Of a DNA stretch of 24,000 nucleotides, positions 15,339 to 24,000 are shown in pieces. Source of the stretch: Methanocellales archaeon (GTDB taxonomy: Archaea; Halobacteriota; UBA148); NCBI GenBank assembly GCA_028715545.1, contig JAQURP010000001.1:1-24000 (forward strand). The letters are read 5' to 3'. The notes under the pieces are model-generated. The model was not told the DNA's origin, did no database searches, and saw nothing but the letters and a program-made list of their open reading frames with translations. The number at the start of each line of letters is the position of its first letter. The stretch's first letter is position 1. The position numbers and the translations under genes were made by a program.

Positions 15339-16695
15339 AATCTTCTATGCTTGAGGAATCCCTGGGACCGACCAAAACCTCCCAACCGCTCTGAATCTCC
15401 AGGTCACCACTGATTCGGGCAGAAAATCCAGGTATTATGATCTTTCTGTGTTTAACCTCTTCTTCAATTCCACTGTTTTTGATGGCTTCATTTGCCTTGA
15501 ACGCATCCAATTTCCCACCTGCGACCGAGGCTTCAACGCCCAATCCCTCCGTATCGATCACCAAAAGATAGCAATCGACACCTGCCGACTCCAGGTCTGA
15601 TGCGACAGTGTAGTAGGTCAGAGCAAAGTTCGTGGTCATAAGGACAGGCGAGTTCTCATCTGGGTTGCCAAATCTCCTTAGACCTGCTTCGACTGCAACC
15701 GGCTTTCTCGGATCAGTGTAGATGTTTTGTCTCAAAGTGATGATCGGGAGCAAAGCCCATATTTCTGGCGTATGGAGAATTATGAGGTCAGCATATTTAT
15801 CTATCATGATCGCAGCGATCATAACCTCTTTGGAAGCATCCCCCCCACTCAGCCAGACGGTGGCTGGCACTCCCAATAAAGGATATCCGATATCCTTGTT
15901 CCAAATGGCTGTCCTCCTAGATGCCACAAAATTACCAAATGTGTTCGCAAGGTATTTACCCTCCACATGTGATCCCGGGTCGAGGACTATATCCTCTACT
16001 CCCATGGATACCAGGGCTTTTACCACCGACTTTAGTTCTGCCATATTATCATCAGCAAAAGCTACCACAGGACAGTTGTATTTCACAGCCAGCCTTCCGA
16101 CCCATTCCCACGTATCCTTGGTCGCTGCATAGATTAGCGGCCTCTCATGTCCTACGATCTTTAAGCCTGCTTCCAGCACAGAAGGATTCCATGAGCACAG
16201 TATCAGCGGTTTTTTCACCTCATCTAATACCTTTGATACGCATTGGGCAAATCTATCTGGGTCGTTTGATGTTGATCGAATGGCAACCAGATCCAATGTC
16301 AGTTCTTCGCCTATTCGCTTGAAACAAAAATCGTTAACATATCTGACTCTTTCTAATAACTCATCATCATTCATCTCATCATGAACATCCAAGGCAATGG
16401 CGGTCTTGTTGAAATATGTAAGTTCATGTCGAAAGATGATCTCCTCCCCACCAATCTTGACCGCCTTATCTCCAAAGCCGACGATCACCTCTTTAACGCT
16501 CGGAGCAAGCATTTCTTTCAGGCTATAGTACCTTCCAGCAAAATTTGGTTGCTTCAGCGTAGGGCAGTCCTCAAGCTTGACAGCTCTTTCTATGAGTTGC
16601 GAAGCAAAAGCCATGCAAGTTTTTTCGCCGCACTCTCCGCAGTTTGTTTTCGGCAAGTAGTTGTAGATGTCCAGCGGTCCTATTTTCTTGGCCAT
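15307..16695 (-). CDS. cdhE: ACDS gamma subunit (corrinoid/Fe-S protein large subunit)
   Basis: N-terminal 4Fe-4S motif YLPKTNCGECGEKTCMAFA followed by a TIM-barrel and corrinoid-binding region. Last gene of the cdh operon; GAGGT lies 9 nt upstream of the ATG. Confidence 0.95.
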   Translation of the reverse strand: MAKKIGPLDIYNYLPKTNCGECGEKTCMAFASQLIERAVKLEDCPTLKQPNFAGRYYSLKEMLAPSVKEVIVGFGDKAVKIGGEEIIFRHELTYFNKTAIALDVHDEMNDDELLERVRYVNDFCFKRIGEELTLDLVAIRSTSNDPDRFAQCVSKVLDEVKKPLILCSWNPSVLEAGLKIVGHERPLIYAATKDTWEWVGRLAVKYNCPVVAFADDNMAELKSVVKALVSMGVEDIVLDPGSHVEGKYLANTFGNFVASRRTAIWNKDIGYPLLGVPATVWLSGGDASKEVMIAAIMIDKYADLIILHTPEIWALLPIITLRQNIYTDPRKPVAVEAGLRRFGNPDENSPVLMTTNFALTYYTVASDLESAGVDCYLLVIDTEGLGVEASVAGGKLDAFKANEAIKNSGIEEEVKHRKIIIPGFSARISGDLEIQSGWEVLVGPRDSSSIEDFIEKKWSGLA

Positions 16696-16702
16696 TCTTA
16701 TC

Positions 16703-17863
16703 TTACCTCATGCCTATCCAGTCTTTGATGTCCAGTGAACCAGTCTCTTTGAAGCCACATAAACATTTTATGACATCCCTAAATAATTGCATGGCAGTGG
16801 GGTTCATCATCATAAACAGATCGCTCCCAGCAAGACATAACGTCAGTGCAGTAACAGCCTCCCATAAAGGGCCCCTTTTTTCACGATCTCCCCATTCTGG
16901 GTTTTCCATCCACGCCTCTCTGGCACCCCAGGCATTGGTCGTCCCAGAGGCTATGGGCATTTGTAAGTCTTTGTCTCCTTTGAGGGCTGCCAACCTAATC
17001 CTCTCCATGATGCTGAATGAATATTCCAACCCATAACCCAGAGCTGCGGTGGTTGGATCCATGATTATGTCCTCTCTTTTTATACCCAAATCGATCAAAT
17101 ATTTGTTCAATGTTTTTTGATCATTGATATCCAGGGAAGTCCAAGACAACACGACATGACCGTAATCCAAGCATGCTTTTGCAATCCTCTTGTAATCCAG
17201 GCTCATGCTTGCGGAGTTGATTACGCACCGCTCCCCTGCCGCTGCTTCTGCTGCCTTTTCTAAAACTTCAGGGTCTTTGTCCGGATTGCCGGAGCCGCCG
17301 ATCATTATTGGAACCTTCACCGCTTGAAGGACATCTTCTACAGTCTTAGCAGCTTCTCGAGCGGAGGTATCTTTTATAGCGGGATCGGTGCTTATCAAAT
17401 GTATGGTGACCATGTCCGCACCATATTTATCAACGCATCTCTTCGCCCATTCTGCTGGGTCTTCTAATACATCCTCAAAGTGCTTCCTGACTGGTCCTGC
17501 CAGATGTATCTTCGTGTCGAAGACATCAAAGGCGATCACAGGCTCGTTTGGGTTGAGTGCCTCAAAATTATAGAATGGCATCGTTCTCTCTCCGCCAACC
17601 TTTATAACGTTCTCTCTGGTTCCTCCATTGGCTTTTGTTGCACCCAACTCCACTTCAAGGACCTCGCTAGGGAAATTTGCCAAAGGGATTTCAAAATCCA
17701 GATCTAGATATTCCGCTTTTTTAACAGATGCCCTTTTAATAGCTGAGATCGTCGGAAGTATGAACCCAACTTCACCAGCGATCATGTCTATGTTCTCAAG
17801 TTCTATTTCTTCTACCTTCTCCAACATCTTTATTAGTTCTGTTAGGTCAAGCGCGTTTGTCAT
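16703..17863 (-). CDS. cdhD: ACDS delta subunit (corrinoid/Fe-S protein small subunit)
   Basis: Position between cooC and cdhE. TIM-barrel-like CdhD/AcsD sequence (GADMVTIHLISTDP, VPIMIGGSGNPDKD). AAGGTGG lies just upstream of the ATG. Confidence 0.92.
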   Translation of the reverse strand: MTNALDLTELIKMLEKVEEIELENIDMIAGEVGFILPTISAIKRASVKKAEYLDLDFEIPLANFPSEVLEVELGATKANGGTRENVIKVGGERTMPFYNFEALNPNEPVIAFDVFDTKIHLAGPVRKHFEDVLEDPAEWAKRCVDKYGADMVTIHLISTDPAIKDTSAREAAKTVEDVLQAVKVPIMIGGSGNPDKDPEVLEKAAEAAAGERCVINSASMSLDYKRIAKACLDYGHVVLSWTSLDINDQKTLNKYLIDLGIKREDIIMDPTTAALGYGLEYSFSIMERIRLAALKGDKDLQMPIASGTTNAWGAREAWMENPEWGDREKRGPLWEAVTALTLCLAGSDLFMMMNPTAMQLFRDVIKCLCGFKETGSLDIKDWIGMR

Positions 17864-17871
17864 TTTCCACC

Positions 17872-17889
17872 TTACATTACATTACATTA
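17872..17889 (-). repeat. pentanucleotide repeat: TAA followed by (TGTAA)x3 between cooC and cdhD
   Basis: The minus strand reads TAA TGTAA TGTAA TGTAA GGTGGAAA ATG. The repeat places TAA stops in all three frames immediately before the cdhD Shine-Dalgarno motif. Confidence 0.9.
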
Positions 17890-18645
17890 TAGGAGTCTTA
17901 TTTTCTTTGCTATCTCGCCTACAGCCCTTACTGCTGGGGAGCTTTCTGGTAAATCCAGCAGGGATTTGCCCACCAGGTTATATTCTGTTATGTCCTTCTC
18001 TTCTGGTATCACGCCTGCGAACTCCAATCCAGTGGATTTGGCTTTTTCTGATATCGATTTTTCATGTGAAGGATCAACTCTATTCACCACGAGATACAAA
18101 TGTTTAAAATCTATTCCCAGCTCTTTGGATAGGTTTTTAATCCTCTCTGCAGTCTTGAAGCCATGTAGTGACATGTCAGTCACCACGATCATGTCATCCA
18201 CGCCCTGTGTGGTCCTTCTGCTTAAATGCTCCAATCCTGCTTCAGCATCGATGACTGTGTAGTCATAACGTCTGGGAAGGGAGTCTATAATACTTCTGAG
18301 CATGTGGTTTACCGCACAATAACATCCGGGGCCCTCTGGTTTTCCCATAACGATCACATCAAAGCTGGGCATCTCAGCGATTATTTCTAGCACTTTGGCA
18401 TCCAACCATGCCATCTTGGAGTAATCAGGAGGAAATTCAGATTGCTTTGCTATTAATTCTTCTCTGATATCCCCTAAACTCCTCTCGACTGATACGCCTA
18501 GAGCCTCAGGCAAATTTGAATCGGGATCTGCATCTATTGCTAAGATGCTTCTATGGCCGGTCATAACCAATTTTCTGATTAGCAACGAAGCAAGTATTGT
18601 TTTCCCGACTCCCCCCTTCCCAGAAACTGCAATTATCTTTCCCAT
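17887..18645 (-). CDS. cooC: CooC/AcsF-type P-loop Ni-insertion ATPase (intra-operon copy)
   Basis: Deviant Walker A GKGGVGKT, metal-binding CxC motif (GPGCYCAVN), MinD/ParA-like fold. Sits at the classic position between cdhC and cdhD. Confidence 0.9.
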   Translation of the reverse strand: MGKIIAVSGKGGVGKTILASLLIRKLVMTGHRSILAIDADPDSNLPEALGVSVERSLGDIREELIAKQSEFPPDYSKMAWLDAKVLEIIAEMPSFDVIVMGKPEGPGCYCAVNHMLRSIIDSLPRRYDYTVIDAEAGLEHLSRRTTQGVDDMIVVTDMSLHGFKTAERIKNLSKELGIDFKHLYLVVNRVDPSHEKSISEKAKSTGLEFAGVIPEEKDITEYNLVGKSLLDLPESSPAVRAVGEIAKKIRLL

Positions 18646-18654
18646 GTTAGTTCA

Positions 18655-20010
18655 TTATTTCGCTCTTTTGATGATCACTTTCTCAGCATGGATCTTTGCA
18701 TTTTTCAGGATTATCGTTATTCCTCCTGAAGGGGTACTTGGCATGACCTCAAGCGTCGGAGCCTCTATGGCCTCCGGAGGCGTCTCAACCCACCTTTCAA
18801 CTACTGGATGCCTTTTTTCCCTCAAAAATTCTTTTAGAGCTGTGACATCTGTTGCGTCAGCTTCTGTCGCGATCTTGTCGTACAACTCTGCTGGTATGTA
18901 CTCTTTCAGCTTCTCTTTCACTTCGGTTGGAAGCCAAATTATCCGATTCCATCCTCCATCTACTTGTAAGAACTTTGGCGACCTCATGTATTCAAATGAT
19001 ATTCCATGAAAACCTTCAACCTGCCTTCCACCTCCTGTGGAATCTGCGATCGCTCCAAACGTTAATCCGCTCGGTGTCTGTCCTCTGAAATCCCTGTGGA
19101 CAACTCCCAGTCCATCGCATTCTGGAACGTAAAATGTTGTAATTTCAAAGCAGCCACACGATGTATGAGGATATCCGAATGCTGTATACAGCTGCACTCT
19201 GTTGATCTCTCCAAGCGACTTTTCGGAAACAATTTTATTTATGCCCTCATATTCGCCTTTCCATTCATCTAGGCATTTTTCTTTTGGTATTTCGAATACC
19301 GGACCTTTTGGATCCACCTTCGAAGCCGCTCTTCCGTCAAACCAGCTTATTGCTCCGCAATTAGCGTATCTTTGGGCAGAGATTACGCAGATATGGGATG
19401 GTGCAAAGGATTGGCAAAGGGTGCAACCGTAAAAAACATCGACATCATTATCTGTCATACCTCTTGCCCTTGCATCTCTTCCTTCGTATATCTCAAGTGC
19501 TTCTTGAAACTTTTTCTTCACTTTTTTGGGGTCAGTGATAAACGTGATTTGTATCTTTTCGATTATCGCCATCTCGCTTTTGAACAATCTCTGGAGAGCT
19601 TTTCCGGTTACCTCTAAGTTTAATCCTTTTTTAACTGCTTTTTTATCCAAACGCAACCAGATGCTATCTCTTTGGTTTAGGTGCATGAAACCTTCGATGT
19701 AATTGCAGAAATCGTGTATACGTCGCTCCATAACACCCTCCATCTCCACTTCAAGCTTCTCACCTGAAACCTCAATGTAGATGCCAAAGGGAAAAGAACC
19801 CCCTTCTTCCAAGCCTTGGACATCTGGGCCAACTATGGTGATTTTTCCGTCCTCTACTTCTTCCGGGCCTTTAACCCTCAAGAGTTCGAATTTTTCTTTT
19901 ACATTCGGCCCCCCGAACTCTATATGCATCTGGGGTTTTCGAATTCTTTCCCCTTCATGGGCTAACCCTACATCAACAGGGAGGTCTGCAAACATACCTG
20001 ATGTGCTCAT
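18655..20010 (-). CDS. cdhC: ACDS beta subunit (acetyl-CoA synthase, A-cluster)
   Basis: A-cluster ligands CQSFAPSHICVISAQRYANCG and the Cys-Gly-Cys Ni site (HTSCGCFE). ATGA start/stop overlap with cdhB. Confidence 0.96.
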   Translation of the reverse strand: MSTSGMFADLPVDVGLAHEGERIRKPQMHIEFGGPNVKEKFELLRVKGPEEVEDGKITIVGPDVQGLEEGGSFPFGIYIEVSGEKLEVEMEGVMERRIHDFCNYIEGFMHLNQRDSIWLRLDKKAVKKGLNLEVTGKALQRLFKSEMAIIEKIQITFITDPKKVKKKFQEALEIYEGRDARARGMTDNDVDVFYGCTLCQSFAPSHICVISAQRYANCGAISWFDGRAASKVDPKGPVFEIPKEKCLDEWKGEYEGINKIVSEKSLGEINRVQLYTAFGYPHTSCGCFEITTFYVPECDGLGVVHRDFRGQTPSGLTFGAIADSTGGGRQVEGFHGISFEYMRSPKFLQVDGGWNRIIWLPTEVKEKLKEYIPAELYDKIATEADATDVTALKEFLREKRHPVVERWVETPPEAIEAPTLEVMPSTPSGGITIILKNAKIHAEKVIIKRAK

Positions 20011-20549
20011 TTCTTCTCAATCTCCTGTGCAATTATGGTTAAATATCTATCCCACTCCTCGATTGAAAGATTTGGGAAGGACCAGTTACAGTGTGGCTGA
20101 TAATATCTATCCAGGGACACTGTCTTCAGATGGTTGAAAGCAAAGGACTTGAGCCCTGCCTCAATCACAAACCCCACATAATAGGTCATTCCTAGAATCA
20201 GTGCCAGGTCATGGGGCGCGTCTTCACCAGAAACGCTCCACTCCGGGTCTGTGAGCCGATTGCCAATATCCATGGAAGTCATCGAAGCAGCAGGCTTAAA
20301 GTCTCTCTTCAGAAACTCTGCCATCGTATGGGCAGTCGTAACTACAGGAATATTGGTGGCTCTTGCAATGCGAATGATGTGATCGATCGGCGTTTTACCC
20401 CCTAAATCGATCTCAGCTGCCTCATGTCCTACGATCAAAACTGGTTTTTTCGCCTTCTTCAACAGGATAGAAACCATCTCAGGATTTTTGATCACTGCAG
20501 CTTTTATAGGTCCTGGAATTTCATATCTCTGCCAAGGTTCAGCTGCCAT
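20007..20549 (-). CDS. cdhB: ACDS epsilon subunit
   Basis: Size of about 170-180 aa, position after cdhA, and CdhB-like blocks (KAKKP.L.VG, NIPVV.T, LTDPEW). AGGAGGG lies upstream of the ATG. Confidence 0.9.
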   Translation of the reverse strand: MAAEPWQRYEIPGPIKAAVIKNPEMVSILLKKAKKPVLIVGHEAAEIDLGGKTPIDHIIRIARATNIPVVTTAHTMAEFLKRDFKPAASMTSMDIGNRLTDPEWSVSGEDAPHDLALILGMTYYVGFVIEAGLKSFAFNHLKTVSLDRYYQPHCNWSFPNLSIEEWDRYLTIIAQEIEKK

Positions 20550-20551
20550 TG

Positions 20552-22900
20552 CTATCCCTCCTTCTTTCTTACAAGTCTCGATAATAGCGTTGGATCGGGA
20601 GTAGGGACCTCGCTCTCTTTCCAGTCTTTTTCCTTTAAGATTTTCAATATTTCATCCTTCATGGTTATGGGGATGTCTGCCGTGGTACGTACAAATAATG
20701 GAATGTCGTCGGGCACTATTCCATAAAAGCGTTTATGTAGATCTATGTAATGGTTGATCTTTATCGATCGCCCCTTAGTCGTATCGTTAGGCCTCATGCT
20801 CAGTTTGGGTATTAGTGTCATAGCCTCCTCCTTCGTCTCCACTGCAATGAAGAGGTGTTCTGGTGCTGGGCCTGTATAAACACTTTTACCTGTACGGGCG
20901 TCGATACTATACCAGTCCTCATCCTTGTCCTTCCTTCCCAATAATGCCCGTCTATATTTGGAGCCGTGCGGTCCTACGATGACAGGTATGCCAAGCCTCC
21001 AGAATCCACTAGCTATGGCAGCGGCTTTTTGAGACATAGCTCCCCAGGATATGCCCACAGCACCCACTCGATTGTATATATAATCGGCAATTTCTTCATA
21101 ATTCGAGTTCAGCTTCCGTCTGGCGAAAATGCTTGCTATCTTGATAGCGGCCCCAGATATGTGTGCGTTGGAAACACATGAGCCACAGTTCACAAGGCTA
21201 CCGCCATCAAAAACGCCAGGATAAGCCTCATAGAGGCTGAGACCCTCTTCGTTTTTGTACATCCCTAGGTTCATAGCGGCGCAGCCGGAAGTAGTTACGA
21301 TAAAGCGGCGTTTTAGGAATTCTTCAATTATGAAAGCATTATCCTTCCAACTGCCTGGGTAATTAGAGCAGCCGACGATTCCAATCACACCTGGTATTTC
21401 ACCCATGACGATTGAGGCACCCACTGCCCGGATTTCTGAATCTTGTATAGCCCCTCTACCTGATCGAATCTTGAACTTTTCATCCTTCATCTTTGACTTG
21501 GATGCCCCTATTATGATGGTGTGGAGCTTCAGATCGTTGGGGCACACTCCCTCAGCCTCACAACGCCCGCACCCTATGCAAGACTCGTATAGGTCCGAGA
21601 GCGGCTGAAGGTTTCCTTTGGCTGCCGCTTCCATGGCTTCTGGAAGGGGTACATAATTTGGACAAACCCGTTGACAGCTCAGGCATTTTGTACATTTCTT
21701 CGCGTACTCAATTATTTCAGACTCTTCCGGGATAATCCCTGACTTTTTCCGCTTAGGGAATACGCCCATTGCAACCCTTGTAGCCACCTCTCCTGCCTTA
21801 TCCGAATCTAGTATTACTACACCTGGACTCCTACCCCCCACCAGGTCTCTTACTATTTCATCTGTGGGATCATCTGTACGGTTTGGTAGCCCTTGGAAAT
21901 TCTTGTAATTCGTTGAAATTAGAGGTGCATTGACCTTTTTGGCCTCTTCAAGTATGTCTGTTCGAATGCATTGCTCATCCACCACTATCACGTCTGCTAT
22001 GCCGGATCTGACGAACCTCAGTTGATGAGATAGGGGTCCGGCTATCTTTGCTTTTTTTGTATATCTGGTTAAATCAAGTGCAGTGCAGCATATGCCGGTG
22101 AGTTCTATGTTGTCCTCAAGTCCACTGTCCTCCATGTAGTCAAATATCGCGGCTGCTGGAGGTACGTTGTGTCCTATTACCAAAATGACAGGCTTAGACG
22201 TGTCAATGCTTCCTATTCCTATGTCCACTAGCGGTGCCTCTGGATCTGCCTTTGGAAAATTTAAAGCAGATATCTGTGCCAAATCAGAGACTTCCAGAGC
22301 GAGGTGGTCGATCATACCTGCATGAAATGCCTTTGACTCGAAATCCAAGTTATCGCCCTCTTGTCCAGTATGGCAGCAGGAAAGCAATTGGCTTATCTCT
22401 GTTTCCGCGTAATCGAGAATATCCTCGAGGTCGCCTAATGTCTTGGGCTTTATGCCAGTAATCAAACGGGAGTGCGGTGCCTCAATAAGTACGGATGACC
22501 CAATGTCGAGAGGATGATCTTTGCCTAATTTGCTTACCAACTCCTTTACCATATGCCTACCATGGCCTGCATGGGTTGCAGCCCCTATGGCACATGCAAG
22601 TAGGACTATTCGCGATTGCTGTGCTGCCATGTCTAGCCCGCAGGCCCCTCTTTTTCCCTTGCTCAGATCGCACTTCCCCATGGTGCACAAGCAACACAGG
22701 TCGCAGAATGGCAAGTAAAATGGCTTATACCTATTCAAAAGTATACGATCCCACTCTCTAAAAGTTGAGATGTCAGGCATGGGGGTGGGTCCTATGGCCT
22801 CTTCCCATTCTTCATAAAATTCTCCAACGGTGGCCTCCAGACCCGCTATCTTAAAGATGTCACTTTCCAGTTCATCGACCTTGAATCTTACTTTTTTCAC
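20552..22900 (-). CDS. cdhA: ACDS alpha subunit (Ni-CODH catalytic subunit with inserted 2x[4Fe-4S] ferredoxin domain)
   Basis: N-terminal Cys cluster CDLCCLCTMGKCDL, ferredoxin motifs CTKCLSCQRVCP and CIGCGRCEAEGVCP, C-cluster region VGCSN, SGCAAM, CGSCVSNAH. GTG start at 22900 preceded by AAAGGAGAG. Confidence 0.96.
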   Translation of the reverse strand: MKKVRFKVDELESDIFKIAGLEATVGEFYEEWEEAIGPTPMPDISTFREWDRILLNRYKPFYLPFCDLCCLCTMGKCDLSKGKRGACGLDMAAQQSRIVLLACAIGAATHAGHGRHMVKELVSKLGKDHPLDIGSSVLIEAPHSRLITGIKPKTLGDLEDILDYAETEISQLLSCCHTGQEGDNLDFESKAFHAGMIDHLALEVSDLAQISALNFPKADPEAPLVDIGIGSIDTSKPVILVIGHNVPPAAAIFDYMEDSGLEDNIELTGICCTALDLTRYTKKAKIAGPLSHQLRFVRSGIADVIVVDEQCIRTDILEEAKKVNAPLISTNYKNFQGLPNRTDDPTDEIVRDLVGGRSPGVVILDSDKAGEVATRVAMGVFPKRKKSGIIPEESEIIEYAKKCTKCLSCQRVCPNYVPLPEAMEAAAKGNLQPLSDLYESCIGCGRCEAEGVCPNDLKLHTIIIGASKSKMKDEKFKIRSGRGAIQDSEIRAVGASIVMGEIPGVIGIVGCSNYPGSWKDNAFIIEEFLKRRFIVTTSGCAAMNLGMYKNEEGLSLYEAYPGVFDGGSLVNCGSCVSNAHISGAAIKIASIFARRKLNSNYEEIADYIYNRVGAVGISWGAMSQKAAAIASGFWRLGIPVIVGPHGSKYRRALLGRKDKDEDWYSIDARTGKSVYTGPAPEHLFIAVETKEEAMTLIPKLSMRPNDTTKGRSIKINHYIDLHKRFYGIVPDDIPLFVRTTADIPITMKDEILKILKEKDWKESEVPTPDPTLLSRLVRKKEG

Positions 22901-23672
22901 AAAATCTCTCCTTTACAAGTCTATTTTTAATTTTCAAGATAGATTCGAAGGCTTTCGACGTCGGGAAATTAATCAAAGCCTCCCCGCTCATTTCAGCCTC
23001 CCTGACTTTATAATCGAAGGGGATGATGCCCAAGATGTTATCAAAATTCTTGTTTATAAACTTTTCTTCTTCATCATTAGCAACCTTATTTCCGATCACG
23101 TAAGTTTTTTCCAACCCGATATCACTTGCCAGATTCATTATTTTTTTAGCAATCTCTATTGAGTTGGGCGTCGCTTCAGTCACAGCTATCAATGCATCCG
23201 CATATTTTGCAGTACCTCTCCCTAAATGCTCAATGCCTGCCTCCATGTCCACTATTACGTCATGTTTTCCCGAGAGCACTTGTTTTAGAAAGGTTTTTAA
23301 CATCACGTTGGCTGGACATGTACAGCCAGAACCTCCTTTTTTGACGGTTCCCATTAAAATGAACTTTACACCGTCTGGTGCATCTATCCATAACTTCTGG
23401 GGCAAGTCGGAAACCTTCGGGTTTAATTTGAATACCGCTCCATAAACATCCGTAGACGCACCAGTCCTTTCCTCGATTAGGTCCCCCATTTCTGCTAGGG
23501 GTACTAATTCCATAACTTTCTCTTTCTTTATCCCCAGGGTTGAGTGGAGATTATGGGCAGGGTCTGCGTCTATGGCTATCACATCAAAGCCATCTCTGGC
23601 AAGCATTCTGGCTAAGGTTCCGGCAAAAGTCGTCTTTCCGACGCCTCCTTTTCCAGTGATGCATATTTTCAT
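22872..23672 (-). CDS. cooC: CooC-type P-loop Ni-insertion ATPase (operon-leading copy)
   Basis: Walker A GKGGVGKT, CxC motif (GSGCTCPAN). Strongly diverged from the 17887-18645 copy. Its 3' end overlaps the cdhA start by 29 nt. Confidence 0.9.
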   Translation of the reverse strand: MKICITGKGGVGKTTFAGTLARMLARDGFDVIAIDADPAHNLHSTLGIKKEKVMELVPLAEMGDLIEERTGASTDVYGAVFKLNPKVSDLPQKLWIDAPDGVKFILMGTVKKGGSGCTCPANVMLKTFLKQVLSGKHDVIVDMEAGIEHLGRGTAKYADALIAVTEATPNSIEIAKKIMNLASDIGLEKTYVIGNKVANDEEEKFINKNFDNILGIIPFDYKVREAEMSGEALINFPTSKAFESILKIKNRLVKERFCEKSKIQGR

Positions 23673-23697
23673 ATCATTATTTCATCATTATTAAAAG

Positions 23698-23705
23698 TTA
23701 TAAAT
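23698..23705 (-). promoter_or_regulatory. TATA-like box (minus strand ATTTATAA) 26 nt upstream of the operon-leading cooC ATG
   Basis: Preceded by the purine-rich GAAAG. No Shine-Dalgarno motif before 23672, so the mRNA is plausibly leaderless. Confidence 0.3.
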
Positions 23706-23930
23706 CTTTCTCATCTATATGCGCTTACTTAATATTCTTATAATGTAGGCGCATGTCCTCGTTTTTATTAGTAATTAAATTACACTTAAATTAAGAAATC
23801 TCGTTGTCTAGAGCGCACCCATCTTAAAACCGGTTATTTGGAATTTTGTTTTGCGCAGTAATAATCTTTAACAAAGTTTAACGTCCTGTAAGGAAATGAT
23901 TGTTTTGAAGTAGAGTTTAGGATTGATTCA

Positions 23931-24000
23931 ATGGCTTTAGACACAGTTTATGTTATTACCATTTTTATTGCGGTTTGGGGTGCTTTCCTTTCAACGATTC
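23931..24000 (+). CDS. 5' end of a probable membrane protein gene, truncated by the window edge
   Basis: The ATG at 23931 is preceded by AGGAT 8 nt upstream. The visible 23 codons (MALDTVYVITIFIAVWGAFLSTI) are strongly hydrophobic. Too short to be sure. Confidence 0.3.
   Translation, partial: MALDTVYVITIFIAVWGAFLSTI

Noticed and set aside
15722-23445. Many 60-160-aa ORFs on the plus strand inside the cdh operon (e.g. 15722-16132, 16644-17036, 17628-18107, 18545-19009, 19781-20137, 22830-23162)
   Set aside because: All lie antisense to, or out of frame with, genes that have unambiguous family motifs. Their translations are low-complexity (Ser/Leu/Pro-rich) with no motifs. They are typical shadow ORFs.
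1-24000. Scan for CRISPR arrays, IS elements or transposases, integrases next to the tRNA genes, toxin-antitoxin pairs, restriction-modification or other defence modules, and Borg-like multi-copy perfect tandem repeats
   Set aside because: None was found. The only tandem repeats are a 2-copy 17-mer and a 3-copy pentamer. Gene strands are mixed, and the content is core metabolism or housekeeping.

Overview
Archaeal chromosomal segment whose gene content fits a methanogen or methanotroph of the Methanosarcinales-type lineage: archaeal-type SAM synthetase, F420-dependent methylene-H4MPT dehydrogenase, five-subunit acetyl-CoA decarbonylase/synthase (ACDS), and an intron-containing tRNA-Tyr with C1-G72. 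The exact taxon cannot be called from sequence alone. Left part (1-4.2 kb): small hypothetical genes, a DUF1624-type membrane protein, a secreted seven-blade FG-GAP-like propeller, and a decayed 4-oxalocrotonate-tautomerase gene. Middle (4.2-11 kb): housekeeping genes (mat, DUF460, a TtuA/NcsA-type tRNA thiolase, ftsZ, tRNA-Tyr and tRNA-Asp), then a chagasin-family protease inhibitor and two envelope proteins. Right half (11.2-23.7 kb): a C1-metabolism cluster. It holds mtd with a translationally coupled Cys-rich zinc-ribbon ORF, an orphan corrinoid protein divergently paired with a RACo-type reductive activator, and a tightly packed minus-strand operon cooC-cdhA-cdhB-cdhC-cooC-cdhD-cdhE. I saw no CRISPR array, transposase, integrase or recognisable defence or toxin genes. 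The window is mostly core genome. The most credible candidate for undescribed biology is the corrinoid protein / RACo-like activator / zinc-ribbon module attached to the ACDS operon. All family calls rest on motifs recognised by eye in the supplied translations and on manual reading of the DNA; no searches were run.
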